Origin: Lepidodermella squamata
Taxonomy: Eukaryota > Animalia > Gastrotricha
NCBI GenBank assembly: GCA_047495785.1
Contig: JBLDXI010000001.1
Span: 2,046,001 to 2,110,000 of the forward strand
Length of the DNA: 64,000 nucleotides
Direction of reading: 5' to 3'
Shown here: positions 11,277 to 23,392 of the stretch, piece by piece
Layout: each line of letters starts with the position of its first letter
Numbering within the stretch: the first letter of the stretch is position 1
The notes under the pieces: model-generated
What the model saw: only the letters and a program-made list of their open reading frames with translations
Databases searched by the model: none
What the model was told of the DNA's origin: nothing
Translations under genes and position numbers: made by a program

Positions 11277-13198
11277 TTGGGGTTGATTGGCCAAACATTG
11301 AGCTAATTGGACGATTATCCCAATTAATGGGTTTTCAATCTTAAATGTAAATGTTAAATGGGTGTAAATTTTCCTACCATCAATTTTGGGGTTTTCACCA
11401 TCAAATTTGGGCTTTCGCTAACGAAGCGGAAAACGCCATCAATTTAGGTACTTTCGCCAACAGTATGCATTTTCTCGCCAACAAATCCGAAAATACTCGC
11501 TGATTAAGTGGAAAGCTGTTCGAGACATTCGCCGCGGTAATTAGCCATTTTAGCCGAACCTCAATCGCGCGGAAATTGGAGATGATATTTTTTTCATAAA
11601 TTTAGGGCGATCGCGTCAAAAATTGATAACAAAAAGTAAAGCAACAAGAATATATAAAGATAACAATATAGATAACTATATAGATAAGCTGCCAATGGAT
11701 GTAATTACTGTTTCCTCTGCTTTCCCCTTATTTTCAAATCTAGCTTTAGAAAGAAAAAAGTAGGTTCGATTCCTTATAGAATAGCATTATTTTTTTCGGA
11801 ATGGCTGCTCGTACATATATATGTGCGTGATTTTTGCTTGTCGTACATATATTTATGCTAAAATAGTTATGCTCAACTTTGAAATTTCATGCTGGATTAA
11901 TCAATTTTGATCGCAACTGTTCAAAATTTTAACCATATGTGCATCGAAGCGTGACCAACCTCCTCTCAAAGTTTGGCACGCATCGGGTAGAAGTCCATTA
12001 TTAGCCACCCTGAAAACCGAAAATACCCGAAGTCGGTAATGTCAGTAACCATAACTGTCGGTAAGAATTTGCCGGTGAGTCTAACCCTATTAGAGGCATT
12101 TTCCCTCAAAAAATAAACTTGCCGGGATCAAAATTGAGTACATGGCTGAAATTATAAGTTTTTATTCGAATTATATATATGTACGACTACCAAAAATCGC
12201 GGACATATATATGTCGTAGTCTAATAAGCAATTTAATTGGATTGGGAATCGAACTAGTTTTTTGCCAATTTGCTCAAAAACCTAGTTTAGAATATACCGT
12301 GATAATTGATCCCATACCAAAGTTGTGGTTAAATATCAAAATACTACGCAATTTACCTAAAGTTTTGAGAATCCAACTCTGAAGAAGTTCAGAAGTGGCT
12401 GACTTGGCCGTTCTGTCTCGTTTATTTTGCCGAAATGGCAAAATGGCTCTACCACAACAAAATTTAATTTAGCAAATTCAAATAGGCCGCGAAAATAGCC
12501 AAAACTGTATTTCTAACATTGCTTGACGCTATCAATCGAGTTAGTTGTTCAAAACGTAAGCCACTACCCGCCAGGAAGGTAACGTTTCGCGCAATAATTG
12601 TGTTTGATCGCCTTACAAACTAGTTTTTTAAAAGTTCGCTTATTAAACTAGTTGGATTCCCAATCCAACTAAATTGCTTATTAGACTACGACATATATGT
12701 ATGAACTTTTTTTTGCTTCGCATTAAGTTATTTCAATTTTTAATTTTCCCTTATTTTTAATGGAAATTTAATTTTTCAATTATTTTTAATTGGTTTCTCC
12801 GTTGTTTCGTAGTATTATTGCTGAGTAACTACGGAACAAAATATGTCGGCGATACGTGGTAATAATTAAAAATTGAAATAATTTAATGCGAAGCAAAAAT
12901 AAATGCAAAATAAATTACAACCACTCTACCATTGAACCCTCGCAATCACTAAATATCAAAAACCGATTATAAGGGTAAGGGGGTCCAATTAGCCCCATCT
13001 CTGTGGGGTAAATTGAGCTTCCTATAAAATCGGAACCATCAGGACCCGTGTAAAAATGCGAAAAAAACAGTGCGATGAGAGTAAATCGAGCTTACGTTAT
13101 TTTGTCGAAGTCAACTTTCACAGGTGGAATATGGTGTTCCTCTACTTCGTAAGCAGGGAGACAACCGCGACTTGAAACAGCGAAAAGAGCAGCGACTG

Positions 13199-13214
13199 AC
13201 ACATCTCGTGAGAG
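13199..13214 (+). other. Probable residual PacBio barcode (bc1003) in the consensus
   Basis: ACACATCTCGTGAGAG(T) replaces the unrelated sequence at the equivalent position of copy A (from 2331). The 16-mer matches barcode bc1003 as I recall it. Confidence 0.8.
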
Positions 13215-14538
13215 TGATGCCATGCTTAGTTATAGTTGCTTATTTTCAAGTTATTTTCAATGAATATGTGAACAGATTTATAGCATAGGTATTTTTATAT
13301 ACTATAATTATTCAACTTATTCTTATTCTTATTCGTGATCTTAATATTTTCATTTTTATTCTTATTCATATCATCTATACAAAAAAGCGAGCTTGCAAAG
13401 ATGAGTAACATTGCTCTTGGCTCTTGGGTTTTGATATAGTTTTCCCTTATCAGCAAGTAACCCTTGGCAACCAGTAACAGTATATGTATGTAGCCTTCGG
13501 GATGATGCGCGTGCAAGCCCAATTGAACTGAGGCTTTTAGAATCGTGAAATGTCTCTTTATAGGGAAATTTCGATTACCGACTCGTTCAGGCTCGATCTC
13601 ACTCCTTTCATCAGATTACGCGATCTATATTTCATGCACCTAAAATCTTTTTTTTCAATATTTAATGATGATTCAGGGTAAAGTTATATAAATATGCATA
13701 ACTTAGACCCTGGCTATATGTGGGGTGAGCCGCTGCTTCAGCCTAACCTTCGCAATGTCTTCAATCTCAGCCTAGGATCTCGGTACGGGTAGCCGCCGTC
13801 ATCCCGTTCACAAAGCTGGTAAAAGCCACAGGGGCTCGCTGCTCCCAGCCGAACCGGTCTCGACGTGCAGGCGACCTATGACCTATGTCTGGAGTGCCGG
13901 CCTGGCCTACAAACTCTCCGCGTTACCACTGCCCCGCACTGGTGGGGTGGATAACCGATATTCTGCGCGACCGCAAATTGTAAGCCCAGGTCTTAGCCGG
14001 CAGCTGATTGTCAACTGTGATGTCCCTTACTCCCCCGCTGTTTATCCTCTACACCTCCGACTTGCTGGCAAGGGCGCGGACTTGATCGATGTCGAGCTCG
14101 ACAACATCTCGTAGTGAGCATGAGAGTGGCGCTTAAAGCTCAACGCGCGAAACGATGCCGTTCGCCTGGAGGTCGTACGAAAACCATCTTCAACTCGCCG
14201 GAGCAGTTTTTGTCCCTCAAGTTGCTGTCATCCGAGTCCTGGGCGTGCACCTTGACCTTTTTTGCCCAAAGGGTCCCAAGCTTGAATGCAAAATTAAGAA
14301 GGAGCGCCAAATAGCAGCTGTCTCTGTCTATCATCTTCTCATGTGTATGCCAAATTTTGACCGCCATTAGGCTGAGATAAGCTATAGCTGGGAAATAAAT
14401 GTACGTTTACTTATCGCCAAACGCTTATAAACGGAATTACTTATCCGAATGTCACGCCTTCTTTCCCTCGCAAAGGTATTTAAGGCGCAAAATAGCGCCA
14501 TTCAAGTATTAACGAGCTTTTTACCGATTCAGACTAAA

Positions 14539-15116
14539 ATGAAAGCTTTTATTGCTCTATCTACCATGCTGGTTTGTGTCATTGCTGCACCAGTTGAACG
14601 GGAACCAAAATGTAGGCAGGAAAATCTTACTTGGATTGGTCTGATTGTTTTTTTCAGATATCTATTGCCCGGCTGGCTTCACGGGGCTCTACCAAGACGA
14701 GGCGATCTGTTGCAATGGTAACGCTTACCCTGTTACAAACGGAAGTGTCTCTCAATGTTGCGGCAAGGCGTTTTTCGATCCGGCAATTCAGAAGTGCTGT
14801 GACGGAGTTGTTCTGCCCGGCATCGACAACAAGCACTGCGTTCCCGGTGAAAAGAGTAAATCTAGTGTCATAAATTTTGTTTCATCAACTACAAGTGTTG
14901 TACACCTCAGATGCTTGTCAGGCCTGGAGTGGTGGTATCATGATGAATGGCCCCTACGGCCTCACCATGTGCTGTGACGACGGTAATTCCTACCCGTATG
15001 TTCGAACCACTCTCCAATGTTGCAACTCAGCTTCATACGACACCAGATACCAAACCTGTTGCTTAAATAACCCTCGAATAATCCTCGGCCAGAAGGAATA
15101 CTGGCCGCCGTGTTGA
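14539..15116 (+). CDS. Small secreted galaxin-like di-cysteine-repeat protein, copy B
   Basis: As 3671-4248, with a V6A change in the signal peptide. Confidence 0.85.
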
Positions 15117-18100
15117 ATGGTTGTCATGGTTGTCACAAGCTAATCAGAATTTGTTTTAATATTGCTTCTTCTTATAATTAAAAATTAAAACTTACGAAAG
15201 TACAGTTTATTAACTACTATGCCAGGAAAACGCACTGATTCATCCCATTGTGTCGCGTAGCAGCAGCAAAGAAGCAGGACTTACTGGGTATGTAGTTCTT
15301 TGTATTGAGTTCGCAAAAGTTTGATGAAAGTCGTTTCTTGTGTAAATAAGACTCATGTTGACAATACGATTGTTACGAGTTGTGGCACAGCCGATGGGAG
15401 GATTATTTCACTTCGTATTAACTGTAGTTAGCCTATTTCATAGTATCCGCGGAGAACAGCAACATCATCGAAAAGTCAGCTTTTTTAACATGATGGAACT
15501 TTCTCACCTTCGACGCTGGAAGTACGACAAAATATGAGAGTAGGCTCAACATAAAGGCAAAGCTCCATTTTCTTTGTGTGAAAACCTCAACCTCAACATC
15601 AAAGTAAAAGCGTTCGAGATACTCCCAGGACTTCGACTTGAAAACGAATGATTTGTGAGTGGCGAATAATTTACTATTTTTAGAAATATAAGCGTTTGAC
15701 GAGAGTTACTGCAGAACTACTTCACTAATAACTGAACTACCTTGCTAATGAGCGCGTGTTAGTGGCAGTTGCTCTGCCTGGGTTTCGCAGCGACTCCAGC
15801 GAGCGAGGTCATGAAAAGTATCGGGTTGCTCTTCAAGTCAATAGGTATTGCGATACTTGCTTGCCTCGCGAAGTGCCTAGTTGTTGTCGAATTGCCTAAT
15901 TCCACCTTCATCCAAGCTCTGAGGTGTGAGACATCGCTCGTCTACTATTTCACCGGCTTTGATTTTGATCGAGCTACGGAAATCACCGAATTACTAATAA
16001 ATAGAGTGCCCGAATAGTCCAAATAGAAAGTTGAATTTTCGCGGTTTCCAGCAGTGATTATCATCTTATTTCTTCTAGCGTTATTAATCACAAGATCATC
16101 ATGGATAAAGCGTGCAATTCGCAATTTGATCTTACAAATTTCATTTTATAAGCCAAGTTGAAAGCTTGTCGACCGGACGGGTAGCTCGGTAGGTACTGGT
16201 CATCCTTCGACACTCGGTTTGCTTGGCTCGAGCAAAATAAACATTGTTGCGCCAGGCGGGCATGGTCCGTCGGAGTAAGTCTTATTTTATCTTTGTTCCT
16301 TCCCATTTGTTGATTCTTCTCTTTCTTAAGGTAAAGCTGAACTTCTATGTTGATAACTATAGCTGACAAAGAAAAATACGAATATGCTATGCCATGAGCC
16401 GATGAAAAAGTGAATCGTTAATTTTGCGAGCCCGATAAATTGTTATTTGTGAGACCTCATTCCACTCAGAATTCCATGCTCTACACGATGGTGCATATAT
16501 GATGCAGATATCTGAAACTGAATTAACGACCAAATCTCGGCTACTCGAGAACCCATCAATTGCACGCTGCCATTTGCATGCGCAGTCGTCGCGCCGCGGT
16601 TCGCGGGGTTGAAGTAAAAAAAATGCGGCGAAATATTAATTATTTATCATTATAACTAATTTTATAATGATTCATATAAAAGTGTTGGTAATTAAAACAT
16701 TACAAAATATAACGGCTTTATTTAACTTGACGGATGTTTTTATTTTATGACTCATTTTTGTCGTCCTCGGAGCCAAAATGAAGCCAAAACGAAGTGCGTT
16801 TTTTTAAGACGATGCTCCTCGATCAGGTCGACGCGTAACGCGTATATACCTGCAGCGGGCATTGGAGGATGCGAGGTGCGAGGTACAAACGCGATCCGCC
16901 GTATTCCAACTGTCGGGTTCGGGGGTTTGGGGACTTACTTAACGCGCCGTTACTTAGCTGAGTTGTTGCACTCTTCGGAATGATTGGCATCTACTCCGTC
17001 CTAAAGGCCAGCAACTTCAGGCCTCTATAATTCATGGGTTGGGACTTGAGTGTAATGAGAAATGTTGTACCAGCTATCAATCTGACATTATTTTCGATTA
17101 TGGGACAAGATATGGTCATGGAGTATCAGGCAATTTCAACCACTTACACTTTGGGCAGGTGGCAGGTTTTGTATTGAAGTCCGGATTTTGCATGCGAATA
17201 GACCATCGTGCAACTGCCTGGCTAATGAAGTAGTACACGCGTAATTCACAATCATCGCCGCATCGTGCAATCGCAATGCTGAGCTTTTGCTGGTCGCGCG
17301 ACTTTTACGTCAGATCGGCCATCCTGATTTTTCCTTGTATCGGTATTTCAGGCTATTTTATTTTATCAGATATGTCATGCTTGAATACTCTACCGTTCTG
17401 GCGCACGATGGCTGGCTGCTGGCTCTAGTCTCTAGTCGAACCCAATCGCGCGTTTAAGGAGAGAACAATGTCTGCAAGGTGATGCGTGATGTATCTCAAT
17501 GGCGCTTGGCGCTCGCCCATTGCGGAAATGTATTCTTAATTAGTTTTTGGTTTCTTTATTTTCTGTGACATTCAAGTCAAAAGTCAAGCCTAAAGTTTAA
17601 AGGTGTCAGTGGCTGACATTGCTGGGTGCGGAATTCCTGTCAGTGATTCCTCACGACCCTGACCGCAGAACCTTGGCATTCTCCCTAGAAATGTCTATAT
17701 TCTGTCAGTTGTATTTTGGCTCTGAATGGATCCCAACAATTTATTAATTGTTGTTTGTTCTTAATTGGATTATATTGATTTTATTTTTCGTACCCTTACT
17801 ATGAAACCTCCACAATTGTTTTGAAAACCTATCATTTTCACCATCTTCGTTGGCAAACGGTTGCCTAACCTATCGCCTTATTTTCTGACTGAAGGCTGAA
17901 TTCAGCTGCTTATGCGTGATGATAGGCACGAGAAGCCTGATGAAGCCTGGATCCTTCTCCAGGGGAATACCTTCAAGTTAATGCCAAGTTAATCCTTCAG
18001 CGCAATTTTCTCTTTTTAATCTTAATCCCCGTGTTTTTCGGATAATTGCATAATAATTTACCTTGTACCCACTAGATAATTAAAGTCATATTTTATTTTG

Positions 18101-18124
18101 AATTTTGAATATCATGTCAAACAT

Positions 18125-19665
18125 ATGCTGCTTAACTCTTCGGCTCAAGTCTCTTTAGACGACTCCAGTGACGCTATATCACAGATAGCTGCCAAGTCAT
18201 CGTCAAACATGCGCGAAGACGATTGTTTTCTTAGCGTGGTAGCAGCAGATTTGGATAGTTTTTGTACACGATACGAGTATCTTGCAAAAAATAAAGATAT
18301 CAGTGCAAGCTCGGCAGTCATTGTTTTTCCATCAGTCGATTGCCGTCATCGAAAATTGATCCACGCCCTGATTGGTCAGCGATATCAAACGTTGGCCCAC
18401 GCGTCTGTTGGTGTCGAGCCTGATCGGCGACCTGTTGCGATTTACCGCGATTTCTTGCTTAAAGTTGTCTTGCCCACTCGTTTTAAACAAATTCAAAATG
18501 GTGTCGGTATGGCACACAGCGAATTTACGTTCTGCCTAGCCCTACTGGAGGCTTGCCGTGACAGCGGTGAAGCAAGACGGTACATAGAAAGGCTGTACGC
18601 GTTTCGTCTTGCCGATCAACGTGTAGTCAGTCCAAGGCTCAGTAACGAAACCAGACGAGTTACGCCTGTGGAAACCCCGAGGAATCAAACCCCGGCCTCA
18701 GCACCTGTTAAAGGCCGGGCGGTAAAACCCGGTTGCGAGCGTTATGTTCCGAGACCGATGCGACTCATTCAAGAGCAGCAACAACAAAAGAAACAAGCTG
18801 CGTCTATATCAAGCTCTAGCAGCAATGAAAAAGGCAGTGGTGAAAACTCGCGACTGCCAAAATCGTCAACTTCGGATAGCCTTTCTGCCGAAATAACTAA
18901 CAAAATAAAACTATTATCATTCGAGGACGACTCTACTTCGCCCGTTGATTCGCCTCTAATAGAGCAAAGGCGATCATTTGATTCAAAAGGTTCCTCGAAA
19001 AATACTCTGCGAAAAACGCACAGTAATAATTCGACTAATAGCCAACTTGTCAATTCCAACGTCTTGTCGATGCGGTTTCTCGGTGATTTTGTCGGAGAAC
19101 GGACCAATATTATTCAGTTACCCGTTGAGCGTTATTCAGCATATAGATCTGAGCCGCCCCCTCTCGATTATGAAGGTGAGACAAAATAATAATGTTTTTT
19201 GTTTTTTTAACATAATTCATATATTTTTATTCAACAGCTTTATCGCATGTAATTGAGATCTCTGGATTTCCTCGAGACTGGCGTGGGGCAGATTTGCAGC
19301 GGTTTTTACCCGGTGGAACATATATCCATTGGGTAGACGATACACACGTTCTTGCGGTATTCCGATCGCCTAGCGAAGCGCGGGCTTTCACAGTTCCGCC
19401 TGAAGTTTGCGTCAGTATCGAAATTTATACGATGCGAAACGCATCCATCGAGTCGAAATGTAAAGCGTATCGAATCTTCGACGATCTCGTTAGCCGTCTT
19501 CGGAAGCCGCAAACCAGCTCAGCTGTTGTTCGCCGAGTCTTGAACCATCATTTACGCCTCGGCCTCGCCAAACAAACGCCTCAAACCCCGTTGACCACGC
19601 CGGCTGTTCAAAGCGCCACGCCACCTTCGTCGCCCCTAGTCCGCGGAGCCGCCAGGGACACCTGA
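18125..19665 (+). CDS. R3HCC1: R3H and coiled-coil domain-containing protein 1-like
   Basis: R3H motif (FPSVDCRHRKLIHALI...HASVG...RRPVA). C-terminal exon HVIEISGFP...IHWVDDTHVLAVF...KPQTSSAVVRRVL is characteristic of R3HCC1/R3HCC1L. Start could alternatively be 18209. Confidence 0.85.
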
Positions 19666-20051
19666 TCTTAAATTCTCTGATGTTCGCGTTTGTTTTTGTT
19701 TAAAGTTCTCCGAAATGTACGTTGTTGTGCTTGCGATGAAAGACACTCGAGAGGACAAACTGTTTTATTGTTTGCGTTCGAAAAGAATCATGTTTTGTTT
19801 GCGTCGAACAATTTTTTCAAAGTACCTAATCATCATGCTGTTCTGGTTACATACGTTATTTCTTTGTTCTGACCCGAATTATTTCGTTCTGTTTTGTTTT
19901 TTTTGGCCGAGAAATCGCATCGTAGAAAAGAAGAAAAAATGAGAATGCTACAGAAAACTTATGAAAAATTTATAACAGTAGCTATTGACGTGGAAAAAAA
20001 ATAAATATTTAGAATGTTCCGACTTTGCAGTAGACTTGTTTTTTTTTGAAA

Positions 20052-21694
20052 ATGTTTTTCCGGCGTTTTCTGTCCTCGGAGGCGGCTGCGTTTAAAAGTG
20101 TCAAATACGCAGTTCACAAACATGTTGGCCTGATCAAGCTGAATCGACCGAAGCGGTTGAACGCAATCGACGAGCACATGCCGTTCGAAATTGAGGCTGC
20201 TGTTAAAATGGCCAACAATAACAAGCATGTCAAGGTGTGAACGCGTCGTGAGGGCACATTTTTTATTGATATCGATTGGTTTGACAGGTAGTCGATGTTT
20301 ACAGCTAAAAGGATTATGGCTTACAATCAATCATGTGTTGAGCAGTAGGGGCTGCGGAGAACTTGTCAGACTTCAGCATAGTCGTAGATTAAGAACCCTG
20401 GATCGAAGATCAGCTTAAATATTGTTATTAAGTGGAAAATCTTAGAGCGTTACTTGTGTAGGTGATTCTGGGACCTGGGATGCACGTAGGGAAGCTGTCA
20501 CGCAAAAAATGAGCTAATAAATGTTTTCTCCTTTCGACAAAACGTGCAAATACAAGTAGAAGTCCTCTAGATAAAACATGATATGAGTTAGGTTTCTTGA
20601 ATTACAAGGAGCAATAAATCATTGATTAAGCACGTCATTGTGAGCTCAATTGGCTGCATAAGCTTTTAGGTCTTGGCTTTACAGTGTTGACTATTACAAG
20701 ACAAGAAACTTAACAGGTTTGACCAATGTGGGAGACAAGGGAGGACTTCATCTAAATAAAGAATTTTGTTATATTTTCGTCAGAAGCTTTATAATGTTTG
20801 TATCTAGTGCATCGTCGTCGAAGGCGAAGGGGAAAATTTCTGCTCGGGATATGACTTGAAAAAGTTTGCCGAGGAGATCTCGCCCTTGAACCAGAAACCT
20901 CCCTACGACCCTTACCTTGATTACAGGTGGTGAAAACTGCAAAATTATGACGTAATTTTGAAATTTGAGCAACTTCAGATTTATGCATCGATGCACTGAG
21001 GCCTTCATGTCACTCTGGCGCAGTCACAAGCCGACTATCGCCAAAATCCGAGGAGTTTGCATCGGTGGCGGCACGGATATTGCCTTATCATGTGACTTGA
21101 CGTTCGCTGAAAAAGATTCACGCATAGGCTATCCTCCAACTCGCGTGTGGGGTATTTTAATGAAACTATTCAGTCAAGTTATTCCTAGACCTCCTATGTA
21201 GGCTGCCCAACTACGGCGCACTGGTTTTATCGTTTGGGAATTGAGAAAGCTAAGCGAATTCTGTTCACCGGGAAAGTTTCAACGGGAGAAGAGGCTGAAC
21301 GCATTGGACTGATTGGAAGTTCGCACGAAAAGGCTGATTTGGATACTGCTGTTCAAGAATACATCGACAACATAGCCGATGTTCCAGTCAATCAGCTGTT
21401 CTTCCAGAAGCTTGTCGTCAACTCTTCCGTTGAGCAAATGGGAATAGGAAACATGCAGAAGTTGGAAAAATTTGTCATCCTTCAAAATTATATATTTTTG
21501 CTGCTTTTCATAGGCTGGCCACAATTTTGGATGGATTGACCAGGCATACTCCCGAAGGAATACAATTTCAGCAGAGGTGCCAAGAAGTTGGATTCAAGAA
21601 AGCTGTCCTGGAACGTGATAGTGGAAACATTGAGAAATGGGAGGCAAAACTCAAAGACCACAATGCTGCGCTGAAAGACGCTCAAGTTCCATAA
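20052..21694 (+). CDS. Enoyl-CoA hydratase/isomerase (crotonase) family protein, 5 exons, probable mitochondrial presequence
   Basis: IKLNRPKRLNAI, FCSGYDL, KPTIAKIRGVCIGGGTDIALSCDL, IGYPPTRVWGCP, AKRILFTG, DGLTRHTPEG. N-terminus MFFRRFLSS. Confidence 0.9.
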
Positions 21695-22055
21695 AATCGA
21701 TTATTTCCGATTATTTGAACTGGATTCGTCTTGTCTCATTTCAGAAGACCAATAAATTCAAATAGCATGCATGCTTTTATTTCAAAATGTTTTTTTCGAA
21801 CGTTTCAAAGGTATGTAGTAATACATAAAGATGATGTCACGATTTTCCCGCTAAGCAGAGAAATTCACGACCAGCATTAAATTCTGTCACAGAAAATTGA
21901 CTGCCGGAATAAAGCATTTTCACATAACCGGAATATATCGCGTCACAAAATGAACTGGATGAGTTTTTTATTTCTTTCCGAAATATATACACACAACACA
22001 GAAATTGCGCGTAGTTCACCTAACGAAGATGACGAGGCTCATGAGAAACGTTGAT

Positions 22056-22673
22056 TCAGGACAACTGCGGCGGGTTGATGCCAAGAGATTTGCGCACGTG
22101 GTCCTCGGCGATTTTGTTGAACCGGGAGCGGTCGTCTCTCCAGCACTTGGCCGCGTCGACGTTCGCTGCCGACTCCGGGTTCGGCTCTGCTAGCATGCTG
22201 ACAACGGACAACAGGATTTTCTCGACACTTTGCACGGGGCTCCAGCGCTCTTCTGACTTTTCATAGCCGAGAGGGTCATCGCCAGGCGCGTGTAGAATTG
22301 AAATGCAAACAGTACCATCAGCATAAACTGTTTGAGCCAATTTTAAAGCAATGATATATTCAAAATGAGAGCTTACTATTCGGGTGAAAGATATCGGTAA
22401 TGAATTTCATTTTCGGCGGCGAAAGAGGATAGTCTGGAGGAAAGTAGAGTCTCGCGACGAAAACACCACCTTGAAAGCAGGTACCCTCAGGGCCTCTTGG
22501 ATAGAAAATGTTATGAAATAAATGATAGGCTTGAATGAGTCGACTTACAGAATGAAGGATTCCCATTCGAAGAAATTGTCCTCGCTGATCGGTCCAGCGA
22601 CGATGCCTTCTGGAGGATGCATTGTTAGCTCTTTGTACTCGGTCATTAACCGCTTCAACGCTTGCCCAGCCAT
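22056..22673 (-). CDS. UBE2G2: Ubiquitin-conjugating enzyme E2 G2 (Ubc7), 3 exons
   Basis: [84 protein letters not shown]. Confidence 0.97.
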
Positions 22674-22939
22674 TTTTTACTTATTAAAACCTACACCCGT
22701 TTGAGCATTTATTGTCAAAATTAATGGTTGGAATGTCGGGAAAATATATAACAGATGTTATATTGGAGCAATTTCAGTAGCACCGACTGGTTTCTAACCG
22801 TTTCAAAAAAGATTTGGGCAAACAATGAGCAGATAGGGCAGATGACTTCAATATTAGCCAAACCGGTGTTTTCAGTTCTATATTTTCTCATATATTCGTT
22901 GATACATGTTCTTTATATAGCCAGCTTCAAATCATTGGT

Positions 22940-23392
22940 TCAATGAAGCTGAAGGGAGTAGAACTTCGGCTTGGCGTGATCAACACCGGCAAGAGGAACC
23001 CCGCTTCGGCTCGGTGACGCAGGCATGGACAATGACGATCCATTTCCAAATGTCTTATAATGATGATATTCAACATCAGTCATAACATTCGGATCACCCC
23101 CAACAAATGGGCCGTACCAACGACATTCCGACAGAAGACGGTCTTTCTCTGAGTCGTTGGGGACAATGACAACGCGCTCATCGCGTAACCATTGCAGAAT
23201 GTATCCAAAGGATTTCGGATCGCGGTCGATGAAAAACTCGCGAGTTCCGGTCACGGGATCGATATGAATGGGCTCGCCATCAAAGATTTTGGACAAGTGC
23301 GAACCAGCAGCTTTTTGTTTAGATACAGTTTCCAGACTGGTGGCAAATACTTTGCCGCCAACGTCAATACGAACGCGCGTAGTTGAAGCCAT
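22940..23392 (-). CDS. Short BTB/POZ (KCTD/T1-type) domain protein
   Basis: VRIDVGGKVFATSLETV...FFIDRDPKSFGYILQWLRD...LLSECRWYG; single exon. Confidence 0.9.
   Translation of the reverse strand: MASTTRVRIDVGGKVFATSLETVSKQKAAGSHLSKIFDGEPIHIDPVTGTREFFIDRDPKSFGYILQWLRDERVVIVPNDSEKDRLLSECRWYGPFVGGDPNVMTDVEYHHYKTFGNGSSLSMPASPSRSGVPLAGVDHAKPKFYSLQLH

Larger units (their letters stand above)
10869..19428. repeat. Tandem segmental duplication, copy B (unit probably 8563-19428)
   Basis: Same sequence as 1-8562. Differences I saw (not an exhaustive alignment): block 2331-2352 vs 13199-13220, SNP T3687/C14555, and a T6 vs T4 run near 7358/18226. Confidence 0.97.
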
